A stretch of 20,000 bases of DNA from an uncultured virus (IMG/VR IMGVR_UViG_3300017971_000268) (IMGVR_UViG_3300017971_000268); one strand, 5' to 3'. Positions 8,808 through 17,327 are shown, counted from the first letter of the stretch. Notes: generated by a model from the letters alone, not told the origin. Numbers and translations: made by a program.

Positions 8808-10592
8808 CTAAATTATAGTAGATACTTTGTTTACAATTATAGCTATCAAAGTATTTTGTGCATCTTGACAGTATTGACCTATTCTAAACGTGTAAGGCAA
8901 TCCTATTCGAACCCTAAAAGGAACGTTTGATCCTTGAGGATGATCAATTCTTTCGTTAATAGGACTGTTTATTCCGGCCACAACATCACCACGTTCACTG
9001 TTCAATCCATAAAGCCTTATCCTTATAGGTTGTCTGCCCATAGGAACTTCAATCTTTTCAAGTTCATTGATAATCCTGTTTCTTATTGCCGGATGCCAAT
9101 CATCACCAAAAGATATTCTGAACTTATCAACTTTATCAAGTTTGATAGGTTTTGCGTTTCTATTCCAGGTACATGCCAGATTATCTTGATATGTGCTTTC
9201 TAAACGATACTTCTCGATAAACTTCATGTAAAACTTCGCTTGACTTACAGTAAGCTTTGCATACTTTCTAAGTTCATCCAGAGTAAGGCTGTAATCCTGA
9301 AGTTCAAACAGCTCACAATTCAGATACCTTTTTACTATCTGCTTGACTATCTTCATAGTCACGTAGACCATATTTGGGTGTGCGAAAATTGCTGCCGGAG
9401 GAGTTCGGTACTCAAAACCATACGGCTTTGTTTCAAACGCACTCAAGTTGTTGTAGTGTCCTCTCGCATCACCACTCATCTTCCTAGTAGGATTTCCTAT
9501 GAAGTGGTCAAGAAGTCTTAACAGATTACTTGTGGGATGAACAGGCATATTAACATCAAACCCGACATGGATATGTCCACCAAGAGGATACACATCACCT
9601 CTTGCACTAAAGACAGCACTGGCATCAACTCCCTCAAATAGTTCCTTAATGTTCCTAACTATTTCAGTTGGAGTGCTTGCTGGTTTTGGTCTAAATTCAA
9701 CCATATGTCCAGCATCATCAACTCCCACAGGCGCATATCTTGCAGCCTCGCTCCTATCCCTTCTGCATTGTTCAAAGTCTTCACCATCACAATCACCACA
9801 ATCTTCACAAATGGATGTATCAACTTCTGTTACAATGCCAGAATAAGGAGAACCATGTTCCCTCATAGAAATAACATAGCCTGTTCTTGAAAGAACCTCG
9901 AATTCAGGATCTGCACCCAAACTAATTTTAGGTAACTTAATCTTTTTAGATTTTTTCTTTTTCTCTGGAAGTTCTTTAGAAGTCCTTTGACCAATTAAAC
10001 CATGTGTTACCAGTTGCTCCAACACTTCTATTAAAACATCAACACCTTTAGGATCGTGTGTTAAATCACACAGCATCACAGAATTAATTGTAGGGTAACA
10101 TCTACCTATGAATCTTCCAAGATTACTTGCAAAATGCACAGGAGCATTTCCATGACACCAGCGTGTATTATCAGATACGTTTGTTAAATAGAGTTCGTAA
10201 AATTCTACTGACTCATATTCAGAGCTTTCTCTAAACGTATCAGTTTGCCAATCCCACATTCCATTTTCGCCAGTACCCTTTAACATTTCAATAAAATCAC
10301 TATCCAGATTAATATTGAATGTATGAAGTTGACTGTTTTGAGAAATAGGAACACAGTTATTGTTGTAAATAGATAAAGTGTTAGGAGTAAACCTGATATA
10401 GATATTGCTTAAATTTAAATGGTTTACGATATGCTCAAAATAATAGTCAGGCAACTGACCACAAACGGTTTTATTCCTTGCAAAATCAGACAAAAATTCC
10501 TCCATATGTTCGGGGATTTCCTGTTCTTCGTGCATGGTTCCACCGAGTCTGAGCATTCTTCTAACTTCCTTTTCTGTTGCTTGAATTCTCAT
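8808..10592 (-). CDS. phiEco32-like COOH-NH2 ligase (type 2 amidoligase) with extra N-terminal domain, copy A
   Basis: LGADPEFEV, VEFRPKPA, GGHIHVGF, KPYGFEYRTPP motifs; adjacent to amidotransferase. Confidence 0.85.
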   Translation of the reverse strand: MRIQATEKEVRRMLRLGGTMHEEQEIPEHMEEFLSDFARNKTVCGQLPDYYFEHIVNHLNLSNIYIRFTPNTLSIYNNNCVPISQNSQLHTFNINLDSDFIEMLKGTGENGMWDWQTDTFRESSEYESVEFYELYLTNVSDNTRWCHGNAPVHFASNLGRFIGRCYPTINSVMLCDLTHDPKGVDVLIEVLEQLVTHGLIGQRTSKELPEKKKKSKKIKLPKISLGADPEFEVLSRTGYVISMREHGSPYSGIVTEVDTSICEDCGDCDGEDFEQCRRDRSEAARYAPVGVDDAGHMVEFRPKPASTPTEIVRNIKELFEGVDASAVFSARGDVYPLGGHIHVGFDVNMPVHPTSNLLRLLDHFIGNPTRKMSGDARGHYNNLSAFETKPYGFEYRTPPAAIFAHPNMVYVTMKIVKQIVKRYLNCELFELQDYSLTLDELRKYAKLTVSQAKFYMKFIEKYRLESTYQDNLACTWNRNAKPIKLDKVDKFRISFGDDWHPAIRNRIINELEKIEVPMGRQPIRIRLYGLNSERGDVVAGINSPINERIDHPQGSNVPFRVRIGLPYTFRIGQYCQDAQNTLIAIIVNKVSTII

Positions 10593-10696
10593 CTATAAAC
10601 CTCCTAATAAAGAATCGTTCAAATTCTCCCGTTTGCTCACCACGAGTTCGGTGATGAGCAATTAGGGAGGTTTTGAATTAAAATAAATGAATAATA

Positions 10697-10963
10697 TCAA
10701 GGTACGTGTATACAAGCTACCTTGCGATACTCTGTTAATTCATCATATGTATAAACCCCCTCATGTACTTGGTGACAAACTTTAGGATCCTTTCTAAGTT
10801 CGCCCACAATAACAAGCATTCTTGCTTCATACTTGTCTTCCTCAAGTCGAGTAACCGAAAGTTCAAATAATGTGCAAACATTATTGATAGTAACTCTTGC
10901 AAGTTCCCAAGTGCTTGTTGAGAATTGTTTATTTTTACCTATAGCTAATTGATCAAATCTCAT
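10697..10963 (-). CDS. Hypothetical protein
   Basis: AGGAGG RBS immediately after a sigma-28-like promoter. Confidence 0.7.
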   Translation of the reverse strand: MRFDQLAIGKNKQFSTSTWELARVTINNVCTLFELSVTRLEEDKYEARMLVIVGELRKDPKVCHQVHEGVYTYDELTEYRKVACIHVP

Positions 10964-10984
10964 AACTAAATCCTCCTAGTAATA

Positions 10985-11012
10985 GTATCGACATACTTGC
11001 CATTTTACTTTA
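10985..11012 (-). promoter_or_regulatory. Sigma-28-like promoter TAAA-N16-GTCGATAC
   Basis: Minus strand TAAAgtaaaatggcaagtatGTCGATAC, placed just upstream of the RBS of the 10963 gene. Confidence 0.65.
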
Positions 11013-11257
11013 GTACTTTTTCGAGTAACTCCCTCATTTTTTTGACTAACTACACAGAGTTACTTTGCAGTTCTGAAAAGGTTCAACTAATGATTTCAGA
11101 ACTCGAAAGTTATTCTGTGTTGTTGTATCCTCCTTTTCCTCTGAAGACTGTTGTTCACACAAAACACCAAAAACTAGCCTGAACTTCGATTGCTATTGGT
11201 TTCAGCATTGTTTTGGTGTTCTGTGTGTTGATTTTTGCCTCTTCAACAGTATCCTAG

Positions 11258-11533
11258 TTAAACCTTAGTCCATCCTGGAGGAGGCATTAAACCCTGGAGT
11301 TCCCTGGGATTTGTTATGAATCTGATACCGTTCTCTTTAAGTTCATCCACACTAAAAGAACCCCATTCATCTTCAAAACCCATTACATAGCCAAAGTAAA
11401 TGCCCTCACATTCCTTATCTTTTTCCGTAGCAAACCATTCCCAATTACACCTAGGAAATCCTATTGCCCAACCAATTATGGTATGCTCGTGACCATATTG
11501 ATCTTTGTAAACTGGATAACCATTATTACTCAT
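11258..11533 (-). CDS. DUF2958-like protein
   Basis: WEWFATE...YFGYVMGFEDEWGSFSVDEL pattern; GGGAGG RBS. Confidence 0.7.
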   Translation of the reverse strand: MSNNGYPVYKDQYGHEHTIIGWAIGFPRCNWEWFATEKDKECEGIYFGYVMGFEDEWGSFSVDELKENGIRFITNPRELQGLMPPPGWTKV

Positions 11534-11722
11534 AATAAACCTCCCACTATATTTTTTATCTGAAATTCATTTGCGATTAATTTCAGATAAAAATCACCAC
11601 TCTGTATTGCTGATTTTACTTCTAATAATCCTGGTGATTTTTAGCGAGCCGCACCCTCGCAATCATTCAAAGGATTAATAAATGCCTAGAATTGTTACAG
11701 TATTAATTCTAGGCAAATATTC

Positions 11723-11939
11723 TTACTCGTCTTTAATAGTCAGATCAAGTTCTTTGAGAATTTTTATTTCCCCAGTAAGTTCACCACGTTTGATTATGGC
11801 TATAGCATCATCTAATGATGCCACCATCATTAAGAACAGCGTCAACTCTATCACTAAAGTCAATGCAAGTTCCTCCCCAAGATTTTATTACAGAATCAAT
11901 TTCTGCTTTGTACTGCTTAATCAATTCTGTTATGCTCAT
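11723..11939 (-). pseudogene. Small gene, probably frameshifted (or a 43-aa ORF)
   Basis: GGGAGG RBS; MSITELIKQY...LNDGGIIR* ; an open frame shifted by 1 nt continues ASLDDAIAII...KDE*; total 217 nt. Confidence 0.4.
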
Positions 11940-12032
11940 ACTAAACCTCCCAGTTTAAATTTTATGCCGAAGCATATTACTGTCCTGAAATCATTGTGGA
12001 ATTGATTTCAAGACAATAACAAGCCTCTACGT

Positions 12033-12260
12033 TTAGTGTAGATCCTCCTGCTCGTTACATACTTTGCAACAATCCTTACAGGCATACTCATTGTGATGTC
12101 TGTTAGCACAGGTCATATACTCATAACTATCACAAAGTTCCTCTGAATCAAGCTCAACTTTCCACGTATCATATTTAGGTTGTTCATAAAGATCGTTTTT
12201 TTCATCTTCCAAACTTTTAAAGTCTGGTCTAAATTCTACGATGTTTCCTGAATCGTGCAT
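12033..12260 (-). CDS. Small acidic Cys-rich hypothetical protein
   Basis: AGGAGG RBS; CKDCCKVC. Confidence 0.7.
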   Translation of the reverse strand: MHDSGNIVEFRPDFKSLEDEKNDLYEQPKYDTWKVELDSEELCDSYEYMTCANRHHNEYACKDCCKVCNEQEDLH

Positions 12261-12296
12261 AATAAAACCTCCTTAAATAATTTCTAATTAAACTCC

Positions 12297-12446
12297 TCAT
12301 AAAGAATCTTCATCAACATCATACTTTTCTATAAGTATCTTTTGTATTTCAGACATTTTTACTGTGTCGGTATTTGTTATACAATTACCATCAATTTCGT
12401 GATATAACTCTATCAATACCTTTTTAATCTTTGAATGCAATATCAT
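12297..12446 (-). CDS. 49-aa hypothetical protein (not in ORF track)
   Basis: GGGAGG RBS; MILHSKIKKVL...DEDSL*. Confidence 0.55.
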   Translation of the reverse strand: MILHSKIKKVLIELYHEIDGNCITNTDTVKMSEIQKILIEKYDVDEDSL

Positions 12447-12656
12447 ACTTATACCTCCCGCAGTTTATTCATCCTGAAATTACTCATTGAACAATTTCAG
12501 AATTAAAAAGTTTGTCTGTGTGTAAAGTAGATCCCGCAGCATTCGATCATATCCTACACGCACACACTCTTATTGAATCTGAAATTCATTCACCAATAAT
12601 TTCTGTGTGAGTAAATTCCCAGGGAAATGCCGCAGCAAATCCCTGGGAATTTTGAA

Positions 12657-13670
12657 TTAAATAGCTGAATAGTCGCACTCGTCTGTAATGTACTTGCCAC
12701 ACTCACCGCAAAGTTTTTTGCCAGTCATCTGATCATTTAAAACCACAGGTTCTGCACACTTACAGAGATTATGATTATATGGAGTGCGGTCAGTCTCAAT
12801 TTGACGGCACAAATCATCCTCTAAAGTGTCTTCTTCGATAATGATTTCCTCATCATTATACTCAGAGTTAATCATTTCTATCCACTCTTGTAGAGTGTAC
12901 CAAGTGTTATTTAGATCGGACACGTACATTACTTCATCAAGATTGCCTGTTTCTTCTGCAAAGGCATCATAGAAGATAAATTCTGAATTGTAAAGTTCCC
13001 ACATATCTTTTAAAGATAGGTGTTCTTCTTTCTCCTTTTTAGATCCAGTACAATCCCAATAATTGCCAAAATAATCTTCATCCCATTTACCAAAACTATA
13101 GGATGAGATTTTTCCCCATGAATCTTTGTAGCCTGAATTAGAAAAGAACACTCCCTTTTCTTCTTCAAAGCTACCTATGAGAAGTGATTCCTCAAGTTTA
13201 AAGTGGACAAACTTCCCACTCATAAACTTTAATGCACGCTCCCCAAGTTTGGAAACTATCATTGCAGCAACTCTCGTATCCGAGATTTCACCTTCAGGAA
13301 TATATCCTATATCCATGAAGTGTGACATACCGAATCGTTCCCAGTCAGATATTGTTCCATTATGAAACAGAACAGAATCTATACCAGAATATTTTAACTT
13401 CAGGTTACTATCCTTCTCTACAATAAAAGGATGAGTAAGTTCAGGCAATGTTTTGCCTGTTGAAGTTATCCGAAAGTGTGCAACGTGAGGTAAAATGTCT
13501 ATCTTCTGATAAACTTTCCACGCATCTTCTTTTTTCTCATAGCCTTTTAGATAATGAATCTTTCCATTATCTCTCCACGCAATTCCAAATCCATCAGAAT
13601 TCGATCTCCAACAATTATCGAATTCCTTTTTAGTGAGTTTTCTACTCTCACTATAAGCAATTATACACAT
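12657..13670 (-). CDS. Class II glutamine amidotransferase, copy B, with acidic tail and C-terminal Zn ribbon
   Basis: MCIIA, NSDGFG, HFRITSTG, HPF, FHNGTI, SDT; CKC...CGECG tail. Confidence 0.9.
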   Translation of the reverse strand: MCIIAYSESRKLTKKEFDNCWRSNSDGFGIAWRDNGKIHYLKGYEKKEDAWKVYQKIDILPHVAHFRITSTGKTLPELTHPFIVEKDSNLKLKYSGIDSVLFHNGTISDWERFGMSHFMDIGYIPEGEISDTRVAAMIVSKLGERALKFMSGKFVHFKLEESLLIGSFEEEKGVFFSNSGYKDSWGKISSYSFGKWDEDYFGNYWDCTGSKKEKEEHLSLKDMWELYNSEFIFYDAFAEETGNLDEVMYVSDLNNTWYTLQEWIEMINSEYNDEEIIIEEDTLEDDLCRQIETDRTPYNHNLCKCAEPVVLNDQMTGKKLCGECGKYITDECDYSAI

Positions 13671-13793
13671 GTTAAACCTCCCACAGTTTAAAATAATTAG
13701 TGATTAACTCACCAATACAACTCAGAGCAATTAATTATCTCTGAATTGTATTGGTGAGGACATTCAGCAATGTGAATGTCCTCAACGTGGTGT

Positions 13794-15167
13794 TTACATC
13801 TCCTTTAGTTTTTGACGTACAGTTGATATAAGAGATTTCATTATTGCTGACTTATTTTCGTCAGAGATATAGCCAGTTCTGAAACTTGCTGGCATACCAA
13901 TAACAATATCAAAACTATTGTTATCAATATTCGGCGTATGTTCACCGTACATATTATGATAATTTCTTACGTCAAAACCATACGTGACATCACCCCGACT
14001 ATTCGCCATACCAAAAAGAAGTATTCTCACATTTCTTTTTGGTGTACGAATTCCATTCAAACTATTTTCAACAAGCTGTCTACTTTCAGTAGACCAATCA
14101 TCATTGAACGAGTACTTGAATTTAGGTAAGTTGGCTTTTTTAATAGCCAACTTAACCGCTCTACGATTCCAATTAGCTACAGCGTTCTCTGTGTAGCCAA
14201 TTTTGTGAAAGTTTTTTATAAAGTTTCTAAGATATCTTACTTGACGTTCAGATAAATTAGCATACTCTATATACTCTCCATCACTCGCCATTCCTTCTTC
14301 AATATTTGCGGACAATTCAAAAGGAATTTTCCTCAAATATTTTTTAGTCACATACCACGCAATCTTGAAAAAGATTAATGAGATATGTGGGTTATGAAAT
14401 ATCGCTGCTGGTGCAGAGCGATATTCAAAACCGTAATACTTAGATTCCCATGCACTTAATTGTGCATAAGAACCACGCCCTTTGCCATTCATTACTTGAC
14501 TTGGACGACCAATAAAGTAGTCCAATATTCTCAAGTATTGGCTTGACGGACGGCACGATATATTACATCCATTCTTGTCTTTAAAGCCAAGATGGATGTG
14601 ACCGCCGAGTGCAAAGCGGTCTCCAACGGTTGACATAATTGCTTGAGGAATTGTTTTATAAACATTCCTCAAGTTATCAACCGCATTACTGGGAGAGAAG
14701 CCAGGTTCTTGACGGACTTCAGCAGTTGAAGTATTTCCGTCCAAACCCACAGGCGCAGATAAGTAGTCTTCTTCGCAATCATCACAGCGTGGACATCCAT
14801 TACTACAGATGTACTCGTGAGAATTGCAGAAGTCGTGACAACTATAATTGCAATCATCTTGACATATTTGATTGCCTTCCTGGTCTTCTTCATAATCGTC
14901 ACAATAATCGTCACAGTCATCGCAAAATTCTGATATGTGACAACCAGAACAAAAATCACAGGGATTGCAATTTTCACAACTTCCCTCGGATTCTTCCTTT
15001 GTAATGCCGTACTCGCGAGGGGCGTCATTTGCATGAATGACTTCCCCTTGCGAGTTTAGAACCTCATGTTCTTGATCTGTTCCAGTCGTGACTAATTTCA
15101 CACGTCCAGAAGCGTTACGGAACATGTTTTTTAACTCCTTTGCAGATGCTTGATACTTCATATTCAT
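13794..15167 (-). CDS. phiEco32-like COOH-NH2 ligase, copy B, with Cys/Asp-rich insert (start revised to MNMKYQ)
   Basis: TGTDQEHEV, AEVRQEPG, GGHIHLGF, YYGFEYRSAP; GGGAGG before ATG 15167. Confidence 0.82.
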   Translation of the reverse strand: MNMKYQASAKELKNMFRNASGRVKLVTTGTDQEHEVLNSQGEVIHANDAPREYGITKEESEGSCENCNPCDFCSGCHISEFCDDCDDYCDDYEEDQEGNQICQDDCNYSCHDFCNSHEYICSNGCPRCDDCEEDYLSAPVGLDGNTSTAEVRQEPGFSPSNAVDNLRNVYKTIPQAIMSTVGDRFALGGHIHLGFKDKNGCNISCRPSSQYLRILDYFIGRPSQVMNGKGRGSYAQLSAWESKYYGFEYRSAPAAIFHNPHISLIFFKIAWYVTKKYLRKIPFELSANIEEGMASDGEYIEYANLSERQVRYLRNFIKNFHKIGYTENAVANWNRRAVKLAIKKANLPKFKYSFNDDWSTESRQLVENSLNGIRTPKRNVRILLFGMANSRGDVTYGFDVRNYHNMYGEHTPNIDNNSFDIVIGMPASFRTGYISDENKSAIMKSLISTVRQKLKEM

Positions 15168-15228
15168 ATTAAAACCTCCCAGTTTTAAAAAACGGAACGG
15201 AATGAGCTGTGCCAAAGGTCAAAGCTCA

Positions 15229-15287
15229 TTCTCACTAATTTTACTATCGTTATTCGCAAAGGAACACTTTAGTAAAATTAGTGAGAA
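15229..15287. repeat. Perfect 18-bp inverted repeat with 23-nt loop
   Basis: ttctcactaattttacta / tagtaaaattagtgagaa. Confidence 0.9.
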
Positions 15288-15320
15288 CCTGGAAAATTTT
15301 TCCAGGATTCTCATGTTTGA

Positions 15321-15917
15321 TTATGCAATTTTTGTTTTAATTTCATCGGTGATATATTTTAACAGTTCATAATCAGTAAGTCTTAAAAAGTGAATATTAA
15401 GTTTGACTATCCTCCACCATTTATAAGAATGATATTTAGTTGTTAAGCCTAACTTTGCTTGACGACCATATTCACCCCTTTTTGATTTTAAAGCAGATGG
15501 AGTCATCATTTCCTCAACTTCACTTTCAGTGTAAGTTTTACCATTTCGATCAACATATTTCTCCCATAAAACCTTGACGTTATTCTTTTCATCATCTTGT
15601 TTTATAAGCATATATTTTTTAGATGGATCACTTTTCAAGTGTCCAAGTAAATTGATATGCTCATAATTATAATGACTGTCCCTTATTTGATGAACAGTTA
15701 TTCCAAGTAATTTAACAACTTCAGAATTGTTAGTCATCTCTATAAATGTCTTTTTAGAGACAAATGCAGAGATTTTAGAAATTTTAACAATTCCAATGTC
15801 CTTATATTTTCGGGAAATTTCTTTTTCCATTTCTCTACAATAGATAAATGAAAATTTTTCACCGAAAATACTTTCATCTGTTTTTTCTTTAACGGTATTG
15901 AATTGTTGCGTATTCAA
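15321..15917 (-). CDS. Hypothetical protein, first gene of the leftward cluster (TTG start)
   Basis: 198-aa ORF with AGGAGG RBS. Confidence 0.75.
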   Translation of the reverse strand: MNTQQFNTVKEKTDESIFGEKFSFIYCREMEKEISRKYKDIGIVKISKISAFVSKKTFIEMTNNSEVVKLLGITVHQIRDSHYNYEHINLLGHLKSDPSKKYMLIKQDDEKNNVKVLWEKYVDRNGKTYTESEVEEMMTPSALKSKRGEYGRQAKLGLTTKYHSYKWWRIVKLNIHFLRLTDYELLKYITDEIKTKIA

Positions 15918-15937
15918 TATAAACCTCCTATGTTGAT

Positions 15938-15986
15938 TTAATCACCCTACCCTACCGCATAGAGTGAACTTAATCACCCTACCCTA
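15938..15986. repeat. 17-bp direct repeat in the leader
   Basis: ttaatcaccctacccta at 15938 and 15970. Confidence 0.9.
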
Positions 15987-16145
15987 TAGGGCTTGGGCAA
16001 AAATTCTTTCAACCTTTCAGAAAAAAGTTAAGTTTTATTTTCGCCTAACTTTATCCTGAAAGGTTTTCTTTTTTTCGCTCAAGAGAAGCCTTCGCTTTTT
16101 TCGTTTAACTCTTGAGACTGTTTTTTGTTTTTTCTTCTAATTTTA

Positions 16146-16172
16146 TTATCGGCAAATCTGAAAAAAACTTTA
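16146..16172 (-). promoter_or_regulatory. Consensus sigma-28 promoter, proximal copy
   Basis: TAAAGTTT-ttttcagattt(11)-GCCGATAA with upstream A-tract. Confidence 0.85.
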
Positions 16173-16244
16173 GCATTTTTTTTCTTTTTTCTGAATTTTT
16201 TTCTTTTTTCTTTTTTTCTTTTTTTCTCATTTCTTATGTCTTTA

Positions 16245-16271
16245 TTATCGGCAAATCTGAAAAAAACTTTA
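16245..16271 (-). promoter_or_regulatory. Consensus sigma-28 promoter, distal copy
   Basis: Identical ~41-bp repeat of the proximal promoter, 99 bp upstream. Confidence 0.85.
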
Positions 16272-16474
16272 GCATTTTTTTTGCGAAAATTGAATTTTTT
16301 TCCTAGTATAAAAATTTGAATAGGTCTATACAAATTTGTACACATATACAAATTTTTCTATACAAAACCCCCCCTTCTGTCAGGTGGCCTGGGGTGGGGT
16401 ACTGGTGGGGGGCAGGCTCACTTCTGTCTCTCTACAACTTTTTTTGAGTTTTTGGCTGATGACCGATTCCGGTC

Positions 16475-16509
16475 GCAAAGGGTAATTGCAAAGGGTAATT
16501 GCAAAGGGT
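16475..16509. repeat. 13-bp tandem repeat (gcaaagggtaatt) x2.7
   Basis: Direct reading. Confidence 0.9.
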
Positions 16510-16661
16510 GGTGGTAGGCATTGTGGTTTTTTGTGTATGGTGGGGGGTGTTGTTTTTGGTATTGTGGTAATAGTTATGGGGAGTTTTTTTTGTGGTAGTA
16601 TTTCCTTAAATACTTGTGTATATTAGTTATGTTTTATATAAATTATTTGTAGGGAGTTGGT

Positions 16662-17120
16662 ATGGATTTTAGGAATATATGTTCGATAAGTCAATTAATT
16701 AGGTTAGGGGAGCATAGTGATGTTTGTCAGAAATGTGGTGCTAGGTGTTGTAAGACGGGGGTGGCTGTGAATATTACTGATGAGCAAATTAAGTTAGTTC
16801 CTGATAATTTAAAGTATCTTATTAATCCTATAGAAAAGGGTGATTATATGGGTAATTATGGTGGTGCTACGATAAGTATGAAAGGTAGAGATGGTTCGTT
16901 AATAAAGACTAAGAATGGTAATAATTATAATGGTATTTGTGCAATGTTAGATGATAAGAATTTATGTATGTTGCATAATACGGGTGCGAAGCCTTATGTA
17001 TGTGAGGAATTCATGTGTACTGAGTTATATTATTCTTTAAATTCAGATGATTATGATGAGGATGTTAGGTTAATACATCCAGACAATATTATGACTGTTA
17101 TGGATGTTTATGATTGGTAA
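16662..17120 (+). CDS. YkgJ-family cysteine-cluster (CxxCxxCC, Zn/Fe-chelating) protein
   Basis: CQKCGARCC...CAMLDDKNLCMLH...KPYVCEEFMC; AGGGAG RBS. Confidence 0.85.
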   Translation: MDFRNICSISQLIRLGEHSDVCQKCGARCCKTGVAVNITDEQIKLVPDNLKYLINPIEKGDYMGNYGGATISMKGRDGSLIKTKNGNNYNGICAMLDDKNLCMLHNTGAKPYVCEEFMCTELYYSLNSDDYDEDVRLIHPDNIMTVMDVYDW

Positions 17121-17327
17121 TGATTATTGAACATGTAGAAGTATATATGGGTATTATAACAGCAAAGGGTTTTGGGGAATTTTTGTATAGGGGGGTTTGT
17201 TTTAGTATTGTGGAAATATTTTTGAGAAATTTTTTTGCTAGGTTTTGGGGGATGACCGATTATTATTCCTTAAATATTGGGGGGGTGATTGGTAATATTT
17301 TATATTATTTATTATAAGGGTAGGGGT

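Larger units (their letters stand above)
11073..12605. repeat. Six intergenic CTGAAA-N15-TTTCAG palindromes (copies 3-8)
   Basis: 11073-11099, 11179-11205 (ctgaac), 11560-11586, 11985-12011 (tttcaa), 12474-12500, 12579-12605 (tttctg); all with 15-bp spacer. Confidence 0.8.

Noticed and set aside
11723..12446. TGA recoding (alternative genetic code)
   Set aside because: Long genes are intact in code 11, TGA is used in ATGA couplings, and read-through gives no sensible extension
774..15034. Plus-strand and alternate-frame ORFs overlapping the minus-strand genes (e.g. 5449-5796, 8934-9890, 13938-15034)
   Set aside because: Shadow frames of well-supported genes, lacking RBS and motifs
16079..16351. 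Lys-rich and Phe-rich ORFs
   Set aside because: Artefacts of poly-T tracts and the duplicated promoter
17114..17317. 67-aa ORF after the YkgJ-like gene
   Set aside because: Low-complexity G/T-rich DNA overlapping the duplicated upstream region; no RBS or motif, so unsupported
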